Source: Macrostomum lignano (lineage: Eukaryota). From it: a DNA stretch of 30,858 nucleotides. This document shows, one piece after another, positions 11,986-23,560 of the stretch. Numbering within the stretch: the stretch's first letter is position 1; every line of letters begins with the position of its first letter. The notes beneath the pieces were generated by a model that was not told the DNA's origin, did not search any database, and worked only from the letters and a program-made list of their open reading frames with translations. Where the stretch lies: NCBI GenBank assembly GCA_002269645.1, contig NIVC01004937.1, forward strand, positions 1-30,858, read 5' to 3'. Made by a program: the position numbers and the translations under genes.

Positions 11986-12579
11986 GACTGCAAAACTAAA
12001 ACTATACAGACTAAACCCTATATAGGCTTAAAATGAAAATCTTTTTGTCATGCACAATTCTGAGCCCATAAGCCAGCGGAGCTAAAAGCCATAAGCGCCA
12101 TCATCATCGTTGTGCATCGTCAGTCTGTCGCCAACCCCCTTTTCCCAACCGTTTCCTCACTCAAGCCTGTGCGTTTGTTTCTCTGTCATGCGTTCGCGTC
12201 GATTGCATCAATGCAATACCCATACTGCCGTGTAGGCCAGTGCACAGCCACATGCCCATTGCAAAGTCACTTAGGCGCGCATAAATGATTGAATGAAAAA
12301 AATTAAGTGAGCGATATGGGGGCAGGGCAGTGGCAGGGGATAGCACCACCCTACCAGTGTATTAACTGTTTTAAGAGCAAAATTCATGCAATGACAAAGT
12401 ATAACTCAATAATGACTAGTAATGACTAAGCATATTTATATTGATTTTTCAGACTGCAAAGACAGACAATATTCAATGCGGGTATTAAAGTCTATAAGCC
12501 CAAAAATGGATTAGCAATGTTCCTCAATGGGGTTTTTAATGTTCCAAATATTCAATAGGAGTTTTATATCCTAGGATCC

Positions 12580-13510
12580 TCAATGCGATTTTATTGTCCC
12601 CGGATCCATAATGGGATTCTGATGTCCCAGATCCTCAATGCGATTCCAATATCTCGGTATCCTCAATGGGATTATAATGTCCCAGATCCTCAATGCGATT
12701 TCAATATCTCGGTATCCTCAATGGGATTATAATGTCCCAGATCCTCAATGGGATTCTAATGTCCCAGATCCTCAATGGGATTATAATGTCCCAGATCCTC
12801 AATGGGATTATAATGTCCCAGATCCTTAATGGGATTATAATGTCCCAGATCCTCAATGGGATTATAATGTCCCAGATCCTCAATGGGATTATAATGTCCC
12901 AGCTACTCAATGGGATTCTAATGTCCCAGATCCTCAATGGGATTATAATGTCCCAGATCCTCAATGGGATTATAATGTCCCAGCTACTCAATGGGATTCT
13001 AATGTCCCCGGATCCTTGATGGGATTATAATGTCCCAGCTACTCAATGGGATTCTAATGTCCCAGATCCTCAGTGGGATTATAATGTCCCAGATCCTTAA
13101 TGGGATTATAATGTCCCAGATCCTCAATGGGATTATAATGTCCCAGATCCTCAATGGGATTATAATGTCCCAGATCCTCAATGGGATTATAATGTCCCAG
13201 CTACTCAATGGGATTCTAATGTCCCCGGATCCTTGATGGGATTATAATGTCCCAGCTACTCAATGGGATTCTAATGTCCCAGATCCTCAGTGGGACTATA
13301 ATGTCCCAGATCCTGAATGGGATTCTAATGTCCCAGATCCTCAATGGGATTATAATGTCCCAGATCCTCAATGGGATTATAATGTCCCAGCTACTCAATG
13401 GGATTCTAATGTCCCAGATCCTCAGTGGGACTATAATGTCCCAGATCATTAATGGGATTGTCCCAGATCCTTAATAAGATTCTAATATCCCAGCTACTCA
13501 ATAGGATCTT
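12580..13510. repeat. 27-bp minisatellite CCCAGATCCTCAATGGGATTATAATGT, ~34 copies, InR intron 3
   Basis: Direct tandem repeat with degenerate edges; recurring CCCCGGATCCTTGATGG variant. Confidence 0.97.
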
Positions 13511-14077
13511 AGAACTTTCGGCATTTTCATGAGGATTTTCAATAGGCGGGCGTTGTCAGAGCCCCAACAAGTTTGTAATGCATGCAAAGGGGTGAATTTT
13601 ATTGCTTGGGAAACTCTTCCCAAACGAACACACGGTGACAGGATGATTGATCAGCTAAAACCCTAGCCAAATAATCGAATTGAATGGACCAGTCTTAGTG
13701 GCGCATTTTGTAAATCCCCTCGCCTCGGGGTTAGAATTGAATTTTAAGTCACGTGACCCATAAGTTCATTACCAGCTGTCTTATAAATTGGTGTCAGCAG
13801 CGAGTTGGCAAATTTTGCATTGCGACCCAAGATGAACTTTTTATTACAGTACAGTCCTCTACGAGTACATGTGCACTCGAAATGCACTGAACTGATTGCA
13901 GTTTTTGATTAATAAAAATGGAGATACAGAGACTGTCCGGAATATTTTCTGTAGGACGAAGACGCTCTTCTCTTTAATTGGCCATTTTTCAGAAGCACTC
14001 GGCATTCTCCATGACCAACCGGAATCCTCTCTTACCCCAAACAAAATCATCGAAACCCACACTGGGTAATTTTCTTA

Positions 14078-14281
14078 ACACACCCTAAATCTGCTAAAAC
14101 ACACCCTAAATCTGCTAAAACACCCTAAATCTGCTAAAAACACCCTAAATCTGCTAAAAACACCCTAAATCTGCTAAAAAACACCCTAAATCTGCTAAAA
14201 ACACCCTAAATCTGCTAAAACACACCCAAAATCTGCTAAAAACACCCTAAATCTGCTAAAAACACCCTAAATCTGCTAAAC
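14078..14281. repeat. 20-21-bp minisatellite AACACCCTAAATCTGCTAAA, ~10 copies, InR intron 3
   Basis: Direct tandem repeat. Confidence 0.95.
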
Positions 14282-14462
14282 ACTTTCCAAATAAATGGAA
14301 TTCTCTAGACACATATCAAATAAACACACTAAACTAAAGACAAAACACACCAAGTCGCTAAACACCCACACACTAAAATCTCCTAAAGCATCTTCTAAAG
14401 CCCTTAGACATTTTGAAGGCTCCGCAAATCCAGCAAACCGTTGTCGCGCAATCTCCACTCAC

Positions 14463-14683
14463 TTGTAGACGATCTTAGTTCGATCTGATGCCTCCTCTTT
14501 CTTCCAATCACCTGGACAGACGTCTCTGCACAGAGTTTTATCGGGCACGTTGTGAAAATTGGTTTTATATCCCGGGCTGAGTATAGCCGAGAAGTTCACC
14601 GATCTGTAGTAGCAGAGCTTCGGCGCGCTCTCGACCCGAATGCCGCCCCGATAAATGCGTCGCAAATTCGGCAGAGCCATGTC
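14463..14683 (-). CDS. InR: InR coding exon 3 (end of L1 domain)
   Basis: aactcag| acceptor (phase 0), |gtgagt donor (phase 2). DMALPNLRRIYRGGIRVESAPKLCYYRSVNFSAIL matches INSR [35 protein letters not shown]. Confidence 0.95.
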
Positions 14684-14844
14684 CTGAGTTATAATTGAGA
14701 TGGAATTTTGCATTTTATTGAGTCTCTTGGCCTGCTAAAATATTACTCATTTTACATATCATAAGCAACTATAAAAATATCGTTGATCTTAAACATTTCA
14801 TTGTCAAACTAAACAAATTATAGAGCAATCACGACCTGAATCAT

Positions 14845-15403
14845 AGCACTTCTATGACCAACTGCTGAAAGTTCATTGGAGCTTCTATGACCAACTGCTG
14901 AAAGATCATTGGAGCTTCTATGACCAAATGCTAAAATCCCATAGGAGCTTCTATGACCAACTGCTAAAATGCCATAGGAGCTTCTATGACCAACTGCTAA
15001 AATCCGATAGGAGCTTCTATGACCAACTGCTAAAACCCTATTGGAGCTTCTATGACCAACTGCTGAAAGTTCATTGGAGCTTCTATGACCAACTGCTGAA
15101 AGTTCATTGGAGCTTCTATGACCAACTGCTGAAAGATCATTGGAGCTTCTATGACCAACTGCTGAAAGTTCATTGGAGCTTCTATGACCAATTGCTAAAA
15201 TCCCATAGGAGCTTCTATGACCAACTGCTGAAAGTTCATTGGAGCTTCTATGACTAACTGCTAACATCCCATTGGAGCTTCTATGACAAACTGCTAAAAT
15301 CCCATTGGAGCTTCTATGAGCAACTGCTAAAATTTCATTGGAGCTTCTATGAGCAACTACTAAAATCACTTTGGAGCTTCTATGACCAACTGCTGAAAGT
15401 TCA
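14845..15403. repeat. 33-bp minisatellite GGAGCTTCTATGACCAACTGCTGAAAGTTCATT, ~17 copies, InR intron 2
   Basis: Direct tandem repeat. Confidence 0.96.
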
Positions 15404-15446
15404 TAGTTGATAATATTATGTAAGCACCAATTTATCGCTAAAGCCA

Positions 15447-15695
15447 GGGGGAGCGTAGCCCAGAGGTCTAGCGCGGCGCTCTGATGTGCTAGCGGCCCAG
15501 GCTCGATTCCAAGTGCAGTCACATTGAGTTGGGGCTAAATTGGAATCTCGGCTTGGCTCTGCTCGTGCAATTGACGCCATTGAGGCCCAACCCCTACCCC
15601 AAGGCACAGTGAAGTGTACATGCCTAAAGATAAATAAAGTCAGGGCTGCTGTACACTCCTGTGTGAGTGTGTGCCTGTGCATGCTCAGGGGAGTC
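15447..15695 (+). mobile_element. tRNA-derived SINE-like element, copy 2
   Basis: GGGGGAGCGTAGCCCAGAGG (A box) then GGCTCGATTCC (B box). Body TGGAATCTCGGCTTGGCTCTGCTCGTGCAATTGACGCC is identical to the reverse complement of the 8.3-kb copy. Confidence 0.8.
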
Positions 15696-15742
15696 AGGAT
15701 GCCATACCACAAAAAATACCAAATTAAAAGGCAGGCTCCTAC

Positions 15743-16017
15743 CTGGAGGTCGGGCAAATCGAAAATCACCAAAGCGTAGCTGTCGTGAGTGGCCAGGCCG
15801 CGGATCACGGTGAGCTGGGGAAACAGCTGGGCCAATGTGGTGAGGTTGCGCAGCCGGTACAGCACCAGGAAGCCGGATATTTCGCGCAGATGAGGGAAAC
15901 TCACGGCCCCGTTCATGTCTATGATGCTGAGCACTACATTGCCGTCTACGGCTGTGCAATTAAAGAACGTCTGCGCTTTCCCTACGGGCGACATTGTCAT
16001 GCTGATGGAGTTGCAGA
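15743..16017 (-). CDS. InR: InR coding exon 2 (L1 domain)
   Basis: cacccgcag| acceptor (phase 1), CAG|gtagga donor (phase 0). NCTAVDG...SFPHLREISGFLVLYRLRNLTTLAQLFPQLTVIRG...YALVIF matches INSR NCSVIEG...[35 protein letters not shown]...YALVIF. Confidence 0.95.
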
Positions 16018-16148
16018 CTGCGGGTGGTTGGTTAAATTAGTACGCAATTTTGCATCATTTATCGGAGGAAAATGCTTAGTTACTAAAAGGGATAACTTTT
16101 TGAGTTGCTGCTCAGAAGGGTGCTTGGTCAAGTTTCAAATGGAGGGAT

Positions 16149-17622
16149 GCTGAGATGCCATGGCTCAATGGGGAGTTGCTGAGATGCCAATTGGCTCAAT
16201 GGGGAGTTGATGAGATGCCAATTGGCTCAATGGGGAGTTGCTGAGATGCCAATTGGCTCAATGGGGAGTTGCTGAGATGCCAATTGGCTCAATGGGGAGT
16301 TGCTGAGGTGTCAATTGGCTCAATGGGGAGTTGCTGAGATGCCAATTGGCTCAATGGGGAGTTGCTGAGATGCCAATTGGCTCAATGGGGAGTTGCTGAG
16401 GTGCCATGGCTCAAGGGGGAGTTGCTGAGATGCCAATTGGCTCAATGGGGAGTTGCTGAGGTGCCTTGGCTCAAGGGGGAGTTGCTAAGATGCCAATTGG
16501 CTCAATGGGGAGTTGCTGAGATACCAATTGGCTCAATGGGGAGTTGCTGAGATGCCAATTGGCTCAATGGGGAGTTGCTGAGGTGCCATGGCTCAAGGGG
16601 GAGTTGCTGAGACGCCAATTGGCTCAATGGGGAGTTGCTGAGGTGCCATGGCTCAATGGGGAGTTGCTAAGATGCCAATTGGCTCAATGGGGAGTTGCTG
16701 AGATGCCATAGCTCAATGGGGAGTTGCTGAGATGCCAATTGGCTCAAGGGGGAGTTGATGAGATGCCAATTGGCTCAATGGGGAGTTGCTGAGATGCCAA
16801 TTGGCTCAATGGGGAGTTGCTGAGGTGCCATGGCTCAAGGGGGAGTTGCTGAGACGCCAATTGGCTCAATGGGGAGTTGCTGAGGTGCCATGGCTCAATG
16901 GGGAGTTGCTAAGATGCCAATTGGCTCAATGGGGAGTTGCTGAGATGCCATAGCTCAATGGGGAGTTGCTGAGATGCCAATTGGCTCAAGGGGGAGTTGC
17001 TGAGATGCCAATTGGCTCAATGGGGAGTTGCTAAGATGCCAATTGGCTCAATGGGGAGTTGCTGAGATGCCAATTGACTTAATGGGGAGTTGCTGAGATG
17101 CCAATTGGCTCAATGGGGAGTTGCTGAGGTGCCATGGCTCAAGGGGGAGTTGCTGAGGTGCCATGGCTCAAGGGGGAGTTGCTGAGGTGCCATGGCTCAA
17201 TGGGGAGTTGCTGAGATGCCATGGCGCAATGGGGAGTTGCTGAGATGCCATGGCTCAATGGGAGTTGCTGAGATGCCAATTGACTTAATGGGGAGTTGCT
17301 GAGGTGCCATGGCTCAAGGGGGAGTTGCTGAGATGCCATAGCTCAATGGGGAGTTGCTGTGGCTGAGATGCCATAGCTCAATGGGGAGTTGCTGTGGCTG
17401 AGATGCCATGGCTCAATGGGGAGTTGCTGTGGCTGAGATGCCATGGCTCAATGGGGAGTTGCTGTGGCTGAGATGCAATGGCTCAATGGGGAGTTGCTGA
17501 AATGCCATGTCTTAATGGGGGAGTTGCTGAGATGCCATGGCTCAAGGGGGAGTTGCTGAGGTGCCAATTGGCTCAATGGGGAGTTGCTGAGATGCCAATT
17601 GGCTCAATGGGGAGTTGCTGAA
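16149..17622. repeat. 31/29-bp minisatellite GGGGAGTTGCTGAGATGCC(AAT/A)TGGCTCAAT, ~48 copies, InR intron 1 (dispersed 29-bp family)
   Basis: Direct tandem repeat mixing 31-bp (GCCAATTGGC) and 29-bp (GCCATGGC) units. Confidence 0.97.
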
Positions 17623-17853
17623 ATCTGAAATCAAGTGGCATTTATAGTCCAAATCCATCCAGGATACCAATATTAAAGGTAACGAGTCATGATATACAAG
17701 GTAAATATTACTTATTTACACATCCTAATAGCAAAGAATAGACTTTTTGGTGAATTACCAATAATATTTAAAACTACTAATAACATTTTCAACAAAAAAC
17801 AAATATAAATATAAAAATATAAAAATTCTCAATAGGATAAGAAAGAAACTTAC

Positions 17854-17923
17854 TTTTTCCATCTCCACATCTGACACCACAGAAAAGCAAACTAAGAAAC
17901 AAGATTATTGATTTGTAGAGCAT
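17854..17923 (-). CDS. InR: InR coding exon 1 (signal peptide MLYKSIILFLSLLFCGVRCGDGK)
   Basis: ATG, hydrophobic signal-like stretch and strong |gtaagt donor in phase 1, matching the phase-1 acceptor of the L1 exon and giving ...GDGKICNS. Confidence 0.75.
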
Positions 17924-20614
17924 TGGCTTGGCTTGTCTACATTTGAGTAGAGCCATGAAAATGATAAGAAAAGTAATCAAGTTAAATTGTTCTTGAATAT
18001 TAACTTTATCTTCATAAGATCAATATTGACCTCATGTAAAATAATTGCAATTTGTTTCAATAATGTTTTAATCCAATAAATATAAGCTATAGGACAATTA
18101 AATGCATGAGTATAAATATAAATAAACTTCTAATCAATTTTCCTATATTTTATATAGGTATAAATAAGTATATTATTTAATAATACTTAATGCTTTAATA
18201 TTAATGACTTTATATTTAAAAAGATATATTTTACATTTAAAAAGTATCCTTTTTTAAATTCCTAAAAAATATAATTCAAAATACATCTTTCAATATTGAA
18301 TATATATCTTAAAGCATTTAAACTAAGGCTTAGTAAATTGCTGCTAAAAACAGAATTGTGAAATAAAAAAATATAAGTAGAGTTAGACTTAAAGATTTAT
18401 AGCTTTGGCCTTTTTAAACTTTAGGTACATATAAATATATGTCAATGCCAAGTAGATGTATGCTAATGCTAAGCAGATGTATACCAATGCCAAAAACAAT
18501 TGTTTAAAGTAATTGATAAAGCATAGCTACTAAAAACAAATAATTTAATGTTTTTAAAAATAAATAAATAAAATATATTTATTTCTAAAAATGATAACAC
18601 CTAAGTCCTAATTAATTGTTAAACTATTATTTAACATTGTCATAAAATAACAATAATTTAGATCTAAAAAATCATAAATGATCATATATGCCATGCATAT
18701 ATACTGGTATAAGACCAAGATACCCACATACTAAGATGGCCACAACATTAAATATCTATTATATCTACTCTTTTTACCATTAATTTGCAACTTAAATAGA
18801 GCTCTATTGTTTGGTAGATTTAATTATTATGTTTATAATCGATCATAATTCATATTAATAAATACTGATGCAATAATAGATTTGAAACTAATTTAAATAC
18901 CTTTACCTATTCTAGGCTATAATACAAAAACTAATCTTTTTTAGTGTTGTTGCCAATTTATTCCCTATCTTACATTTATCAAATTTATCACTATCAGTTT
19001 ATCAAGAAATCATTGCTAGTGGTAATGTTATGCAAAAATTGTAATAAATATGCAACAGGGTATCTATTTTGTGCTAGCCTACTTGCTTTATTTAGTGGAT
19101 AAATAGGCCTTTCTATCTATAGACTAGGCTACAATAAAACCTAAAGCCAAAAGGAATATTTATAATTCCTTTGTAGCTTCTATCTCCATAAGACTTGAAG
19201 ATCTAAATCTAATACAAATTATTACCAATAGAAAATAAATGAAATATACAGAAAGCCAACCAAGCCATGTTCATTAGGCCCTTAAGCCTTGCCTTTAGGC
19301 TTTTCATTTTTAACAAGTCGCTACAAGCATATGACAAAAAAAGTTACTATTCACCGACAGGTTTGCTTTAATCAAATTCAAACTTATAGTTAATACTCAT
19401 TTTTAGGATATAGGATCTTTTCATACTTTCAGTTTTTGATTATGTGAACTGAAGCCAATAATTTTCAGTTCATTCAGATTCAGTCAGTCTGTAACACTTT
19501 TCTATGAAAAAGTTTTTTTAAGCGGCTGCTTTTATCATTTAAAAATATTAACAAGTATAGTTAGCGTTCTTGCTTTATGCGAGTAGAATCCTTGCACTTA
19601 AAAATTCGCATAAACGGAGTAGTTCTGTATATATTATAAATATACAAAGCAAATAATTAGCATCAATAATAAATTCTACGGTTTTCTTTATTGTAATTAA
19701 ATGAGCACACGCTCTGCTATCGATAGTTGTACAAATAGCAGCAAAAATGCTACGAGCAGGCTAAAGGGAGATTTGTAGGCTCGCACCATCTGTTGTAGAG
19801 TTACGGATGTTCGTAAGGAGTTCGGAAAATTTTATATTGAAGAATCATAAAATTAGAGAAAAATGGATTATGTAGACGTTAGTTAACTTGTAGTTCTAAC
19901 TTAAACAGAAACTGGTGACGGATGCGAAAAGGCTGATCATTATTAGTGACACGTCAAACGAGAATTCTTTACAAATTTAAGAATGTGGTGACAACACCAT
20001 CAATTTTCTGGCTGCAGCAACACTTCGGTATTAACTATTAACCAACTTAACAATTCACAAATATGTTGCTTGAATTTCACTGACTTGGAATCAAGAATCT
20101 ATAAAGTTAAATAGGACAGAGTGCAGTGGTTCAGTGGAAGTTTTGCTTTTTCTTAGATTTTAAAGCCTCTTCAAGGCACTGTAAATACTCGTATACTTTC
20201 ACACTACATGTAATTTCTGTAATAATACTCCCTTTAGTATAAATGTAAGGGTACATACATGTAGATCTATTAAAAAATTATTTAAGGCAACATTTGTCTT
20301 AGCACTCATTTGTGAACTCTGAATGAATTATATACGTACATGCACAGTCCGTCAGAACCAAAATATCAAAATGCATATCAATCAGGTAATTTTTCAATCC
20401 ATTATATATTGTTATTATTTAACTACAAAATGGCACAGTAATATAATAAAGCTTTTCTAATACACAGAAAAGCTTTATTTAGAGCAAAAGTCAATCGATA
20501 TGGTATGCACTTGTATGCAATTATTATCATAGCGACAAGCGAACAAATAGAGTGCGCTGAATAACTGTCCAGCAGAGTAAAGGCTAGCGATGATTAATGT
20601 AAAATATTTGTCCC

Positions 20615-20620
20615 TTTATT
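20615..20620 (-). terminator. Candidate polyadenylation signal (AATAAA) of Rab24
   Basis: TTTATT on the + strand ~205 nt downstream of the Rab24 stop; a second copy at 20474-20479. Confidence 0.45.
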
Positions 20621-20825
20621 GGACTGGAAGTTGAACGTTAAAGAGTACAATTGGATAATATAATACAAAATCGAAGCAAATACTGGATAAAAAAGATGCT
20701 TAAATGGAAAGCTAGACTCTTAGACTTAGACGTGAAGCTTAGGCTGTATACAATATATATATATTGTTACTTTGGAATTTTTGGTGTTTTTGTTTCGGCA
20801 AATCCTTCAGTCTCGCTAGTCTCGC

Positions 20826-21061
20826 TTAGCCAAGACAGTAGCAGCGGCCGCGACTGCTCCCGGGATCATTGGCGGTGCTCACCCCGGCAGCAGACGATGG
20901 TGCACCTTGACCTCCGCTGCCCAAAGCGAACGCCTGCTGTTGCGACAGCTGATTGTTCGCTCCGGCGCCGCCTTTGATAAAATCTTCGGCTACGCGTCGA
21001 AACAGAATGTCTACGTTTTCGCCCGTTTTGCTGGACGTCTCAATTGACAGGGCGCCAACGC
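20826..21061 (-). CDS. RAB24: Rab24 coding exon 3
   Basis: gtcacccag| acceptor (phase 1). IETSSKTGENVDILFRRVAEDF matches RAB24 [22 protein letters not shown]. Ends RGRCYCLG-TAA. Confidence 0.92.
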
Positions 21062-21162
21062 CTGGGTGACAAGGGTGAGCGAGCTGCGTGCTAAGCTGCA
21101 GGATGTCATGGGGCAGTTTTCTAGGAACAAGTGGTCAAACACTTTCCAGGATAAGCTCGGGA

Positions 21163-22640
21163 CGATTCTCTATCGGGCTGGGGTGGATTCTCTATCGGGC
21201 TGGGGTGGATTCTCTATCGGGTTGGGGTGGATTCTCTATCGGGTTGGGGTGGATTCTCTATCGGGCTGGGGTGGATTCTCTATCTGGCTGGGGTGGATTC
21301 TCTATCGGGTTGGGGTGGATTCTCTATCGGGTTGCGGTGGATTCTTTATCGGGTTGGGGTGGATTCTCTATCGGGTTGGGGTGGATTCTCTATCGGGTTG
21401 GGGTGGATTCTCTATCTGGCTGGGGTGGATTCTCTATCGGGTTGGGGTGGATTCTCTATCGGGTTGCGGTGGATTCTTTATCGGGTTGGGGTGGATTCTC
21501 TATCGGGTTGGGGTGGATTCTCTATCGGGTTGGGGTGGATTCTCTATCGGGCTGGGGTGGATTCTCTATCTGGCTGGGGTGGATTCTCTATCGGGTTGGG
21601 GTGGATTCTCTATCGGGCTGGGGTGGATTCTCTATCGGGCTGGGGTGGATTCTCTATCTGGCTGGGGTGGATTCTCTATCGGGTTGGGGTGGATTCTCTA
21701 TCGGGCTGGGGTGGATTCTCTATCTGGCTGGGGTGGATTCTCTATCGGGTTGGGGTGGATTTTCTATCGGGTTGGGAGAATTCTCTATCGGGTTGGGGTG
21801 GATTCTCTATCGGGCTGGGGTGGATTCTCTATCTGGCTGGGGTGGATTCTCTATCGGGTTGGGGTGGATTCTCTATCGGGTTGGGGTGGATTCTCTATCG
21901 GGTTGGGGTGGATTCTCTATCGGGTTGGGGTGGATTCTCTATCGGGCTGGGGTGGATTCTCTATCGGGTTGGGGTGGATTCTCTATCGGGCTGGGGTGGA
22001 TTCTCTATCTGGCTGGGGTGGATTCTCTATCGGGTTGGGGTGGATTTTCTATCGGGTTGGGAGGATTCTCTATCGGGTTGGGGTGGATTCTCTATCGGCT
22101 GGGGTGGATTCTCTATCTGGCTGGGGTGATTCTCTATCGGGTTGGGTGGATTCTCTATCGGGTTGGGGTAGATTTTCTATCGGGCTGGGGTGGATTCTCT
22201 ATCTGGCTGGGGTGGATTCTCTATCGGGTTGGGGTGGATTCTCTATCGGGCTGGGGTGGATTCTCTATCGGGTTGGGGTGGATTCTCTATCGGGTTGCGG
22301 TGGATTCTTTATCGGGTTGGGGTGGATTCTCTATCGGGTTGGGGTGGATTCTCTATCGGGTTGGGGTGGATTCTCTATCGGGCTGGGGTGGATTCTCTAT
22401 CTGGCTGGGGTGGATTCTCTATCGGGTTGGGGTGGATTCTCTATCGGGCTGGGAGGATTCTCTATCGGGTTGGGGTGGATTCTCTATCGGGATGGGGTGG
22501 ATTCTCTATCTGGCTGGGGTGGATTCTCTATCGGGTTGGGTGGATTCTCTATTGGGTTGGGGTGGATTCTCTATCGGGCTGGGGTGGATTCTCTATCGGG
22601 TTGGGGTGGATTCTCTATCGGGTTGGGGTGTATTCTCTAT
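21163..22640. repeat. 22-bp minisatellite GGGGTGGATTCTCTATCGGGTT, ~67 copies, Rab24 intron 2
   Basis: Direct tandem repeat. Confidence 0.97.
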
Positions 22641-22693
22641 CCAACGGAATGACGCAAACAGAACAAAGAGTAAATAAAGACACACTGACTCAC

Positions 22694-22893
22694 TCTTAGC
22701 AAACTCGGCGGCCTCAGCCTCGCCAACTTGCCGCAGAGGCGGATCAGCCGTTACTAAGTCGCGTTTGCAGCCGCACAGGTAAATTCTGCACCGATCTTCT
22801 TCGTATTTGCGCAGCTCTTTAGTCCAGAACCTGGCCCGCTCGAGACTGCCGGCGTCCGTCACCTCGTAGCAGACGATGGCAGCGCCTGAGCCG
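22694..22893 (-). CDS. RAB24: Rab24 coding exon 2
   Basis: gtatcag| acceptor (phase 2), |gtgagt donor (phase 1). RGSGAAIVCYEVTDAGSLERARFWTKELRKYEE.CRIYLCGCKRDL matches RAB24 [46 protein letters not shown]. Confidence 0.95.
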
Positions 22894-23039
22894 CTGATAC
22901 AGGATGCAAGACAGGATATTCAGGCTTTGCTATAGCTAAGAGGGAAGCTTTCAGGGATTAAAGAGAATTCCGTGATCTAGAAGAGAATTACTACCTTAAT
23001 CAATGATAAAATTCTCCATGATTATAGTGAGAAATACTA

Positions 23040-23560
23040 CTCACCTGATCAGGGGAACTTTAACATCCTGGATCAGAGAATTGCATACTTAATCAAAGGG
23101 AATCTTCCCAATGATTGGGGGGGGAGAATTACTCGGCAGATCAGGGGGAATCTTACTAATGATTGAGAGGAAAATTACTCGGCAGATCAGGGGGAATCTT
23201 ACTAATGATTGAGAGGAGAATTACTCGGCAGATCAGGGGGAATCTTCCTAATGATTGAGAGGAGAATTACTCGGCAGATCAGGGGGAATCTTCCCAATGA
23301 TTGAGGGGAGAATTACTCGGCAGATCAGGGGGAATCTTCCCAATGATTGAGGGGAGAATTACTCGGCAGATCAGGGGGAATCTTCCCAATGATTGAGAGG
23401 AGAATTACTCGCCAGCTCTGGGGGAATCTTCCCAATGATTGAGAGGAGAATTACTCGCCAGATCAGGGGGAATCTTCCTAATGATTGAGGGGAGAATTAC
23501 TCGCCAGATTATGGGGAATCTTCCCAATGATTGCTGGCCAGGGAGAACTACTCACCTGAT
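23040..23560. repeat. 46-bp minisatellite GATCAGGGGGAATCTTCCCAATGATTGAGAGGAGAATTACTCGGCA, ~11 copies, Rab24 intron 1
   Basis: Direct tandem repeat; degenerate units extend to about 22950 and 23640. Confidence 0.94.

Noticed and set aside
14078-14281. CCCTAAA (plant-type telomere heptamer) in each unit
   Set aside because: Embedded singly in a 20-21-bp unit; coincidental.
15447-15525. Functional tRNA gene
   Set aside because: No closed acceptor stem or Pol III terminator; it continues into a SINE body shared with a second copy.
10435-17622. 27-33-bp repeats as CRISPR arrays
   Set aside because: Units are contiguous with no unique spacers, there are no cas genes, and the context is eukaryotic introns.
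19574-19614. TTTATGCGA...TCGCATAAA hairpin in the AT-rich island
   Set aside because: A single 9-bp stem with no recognisable ncRNA features.
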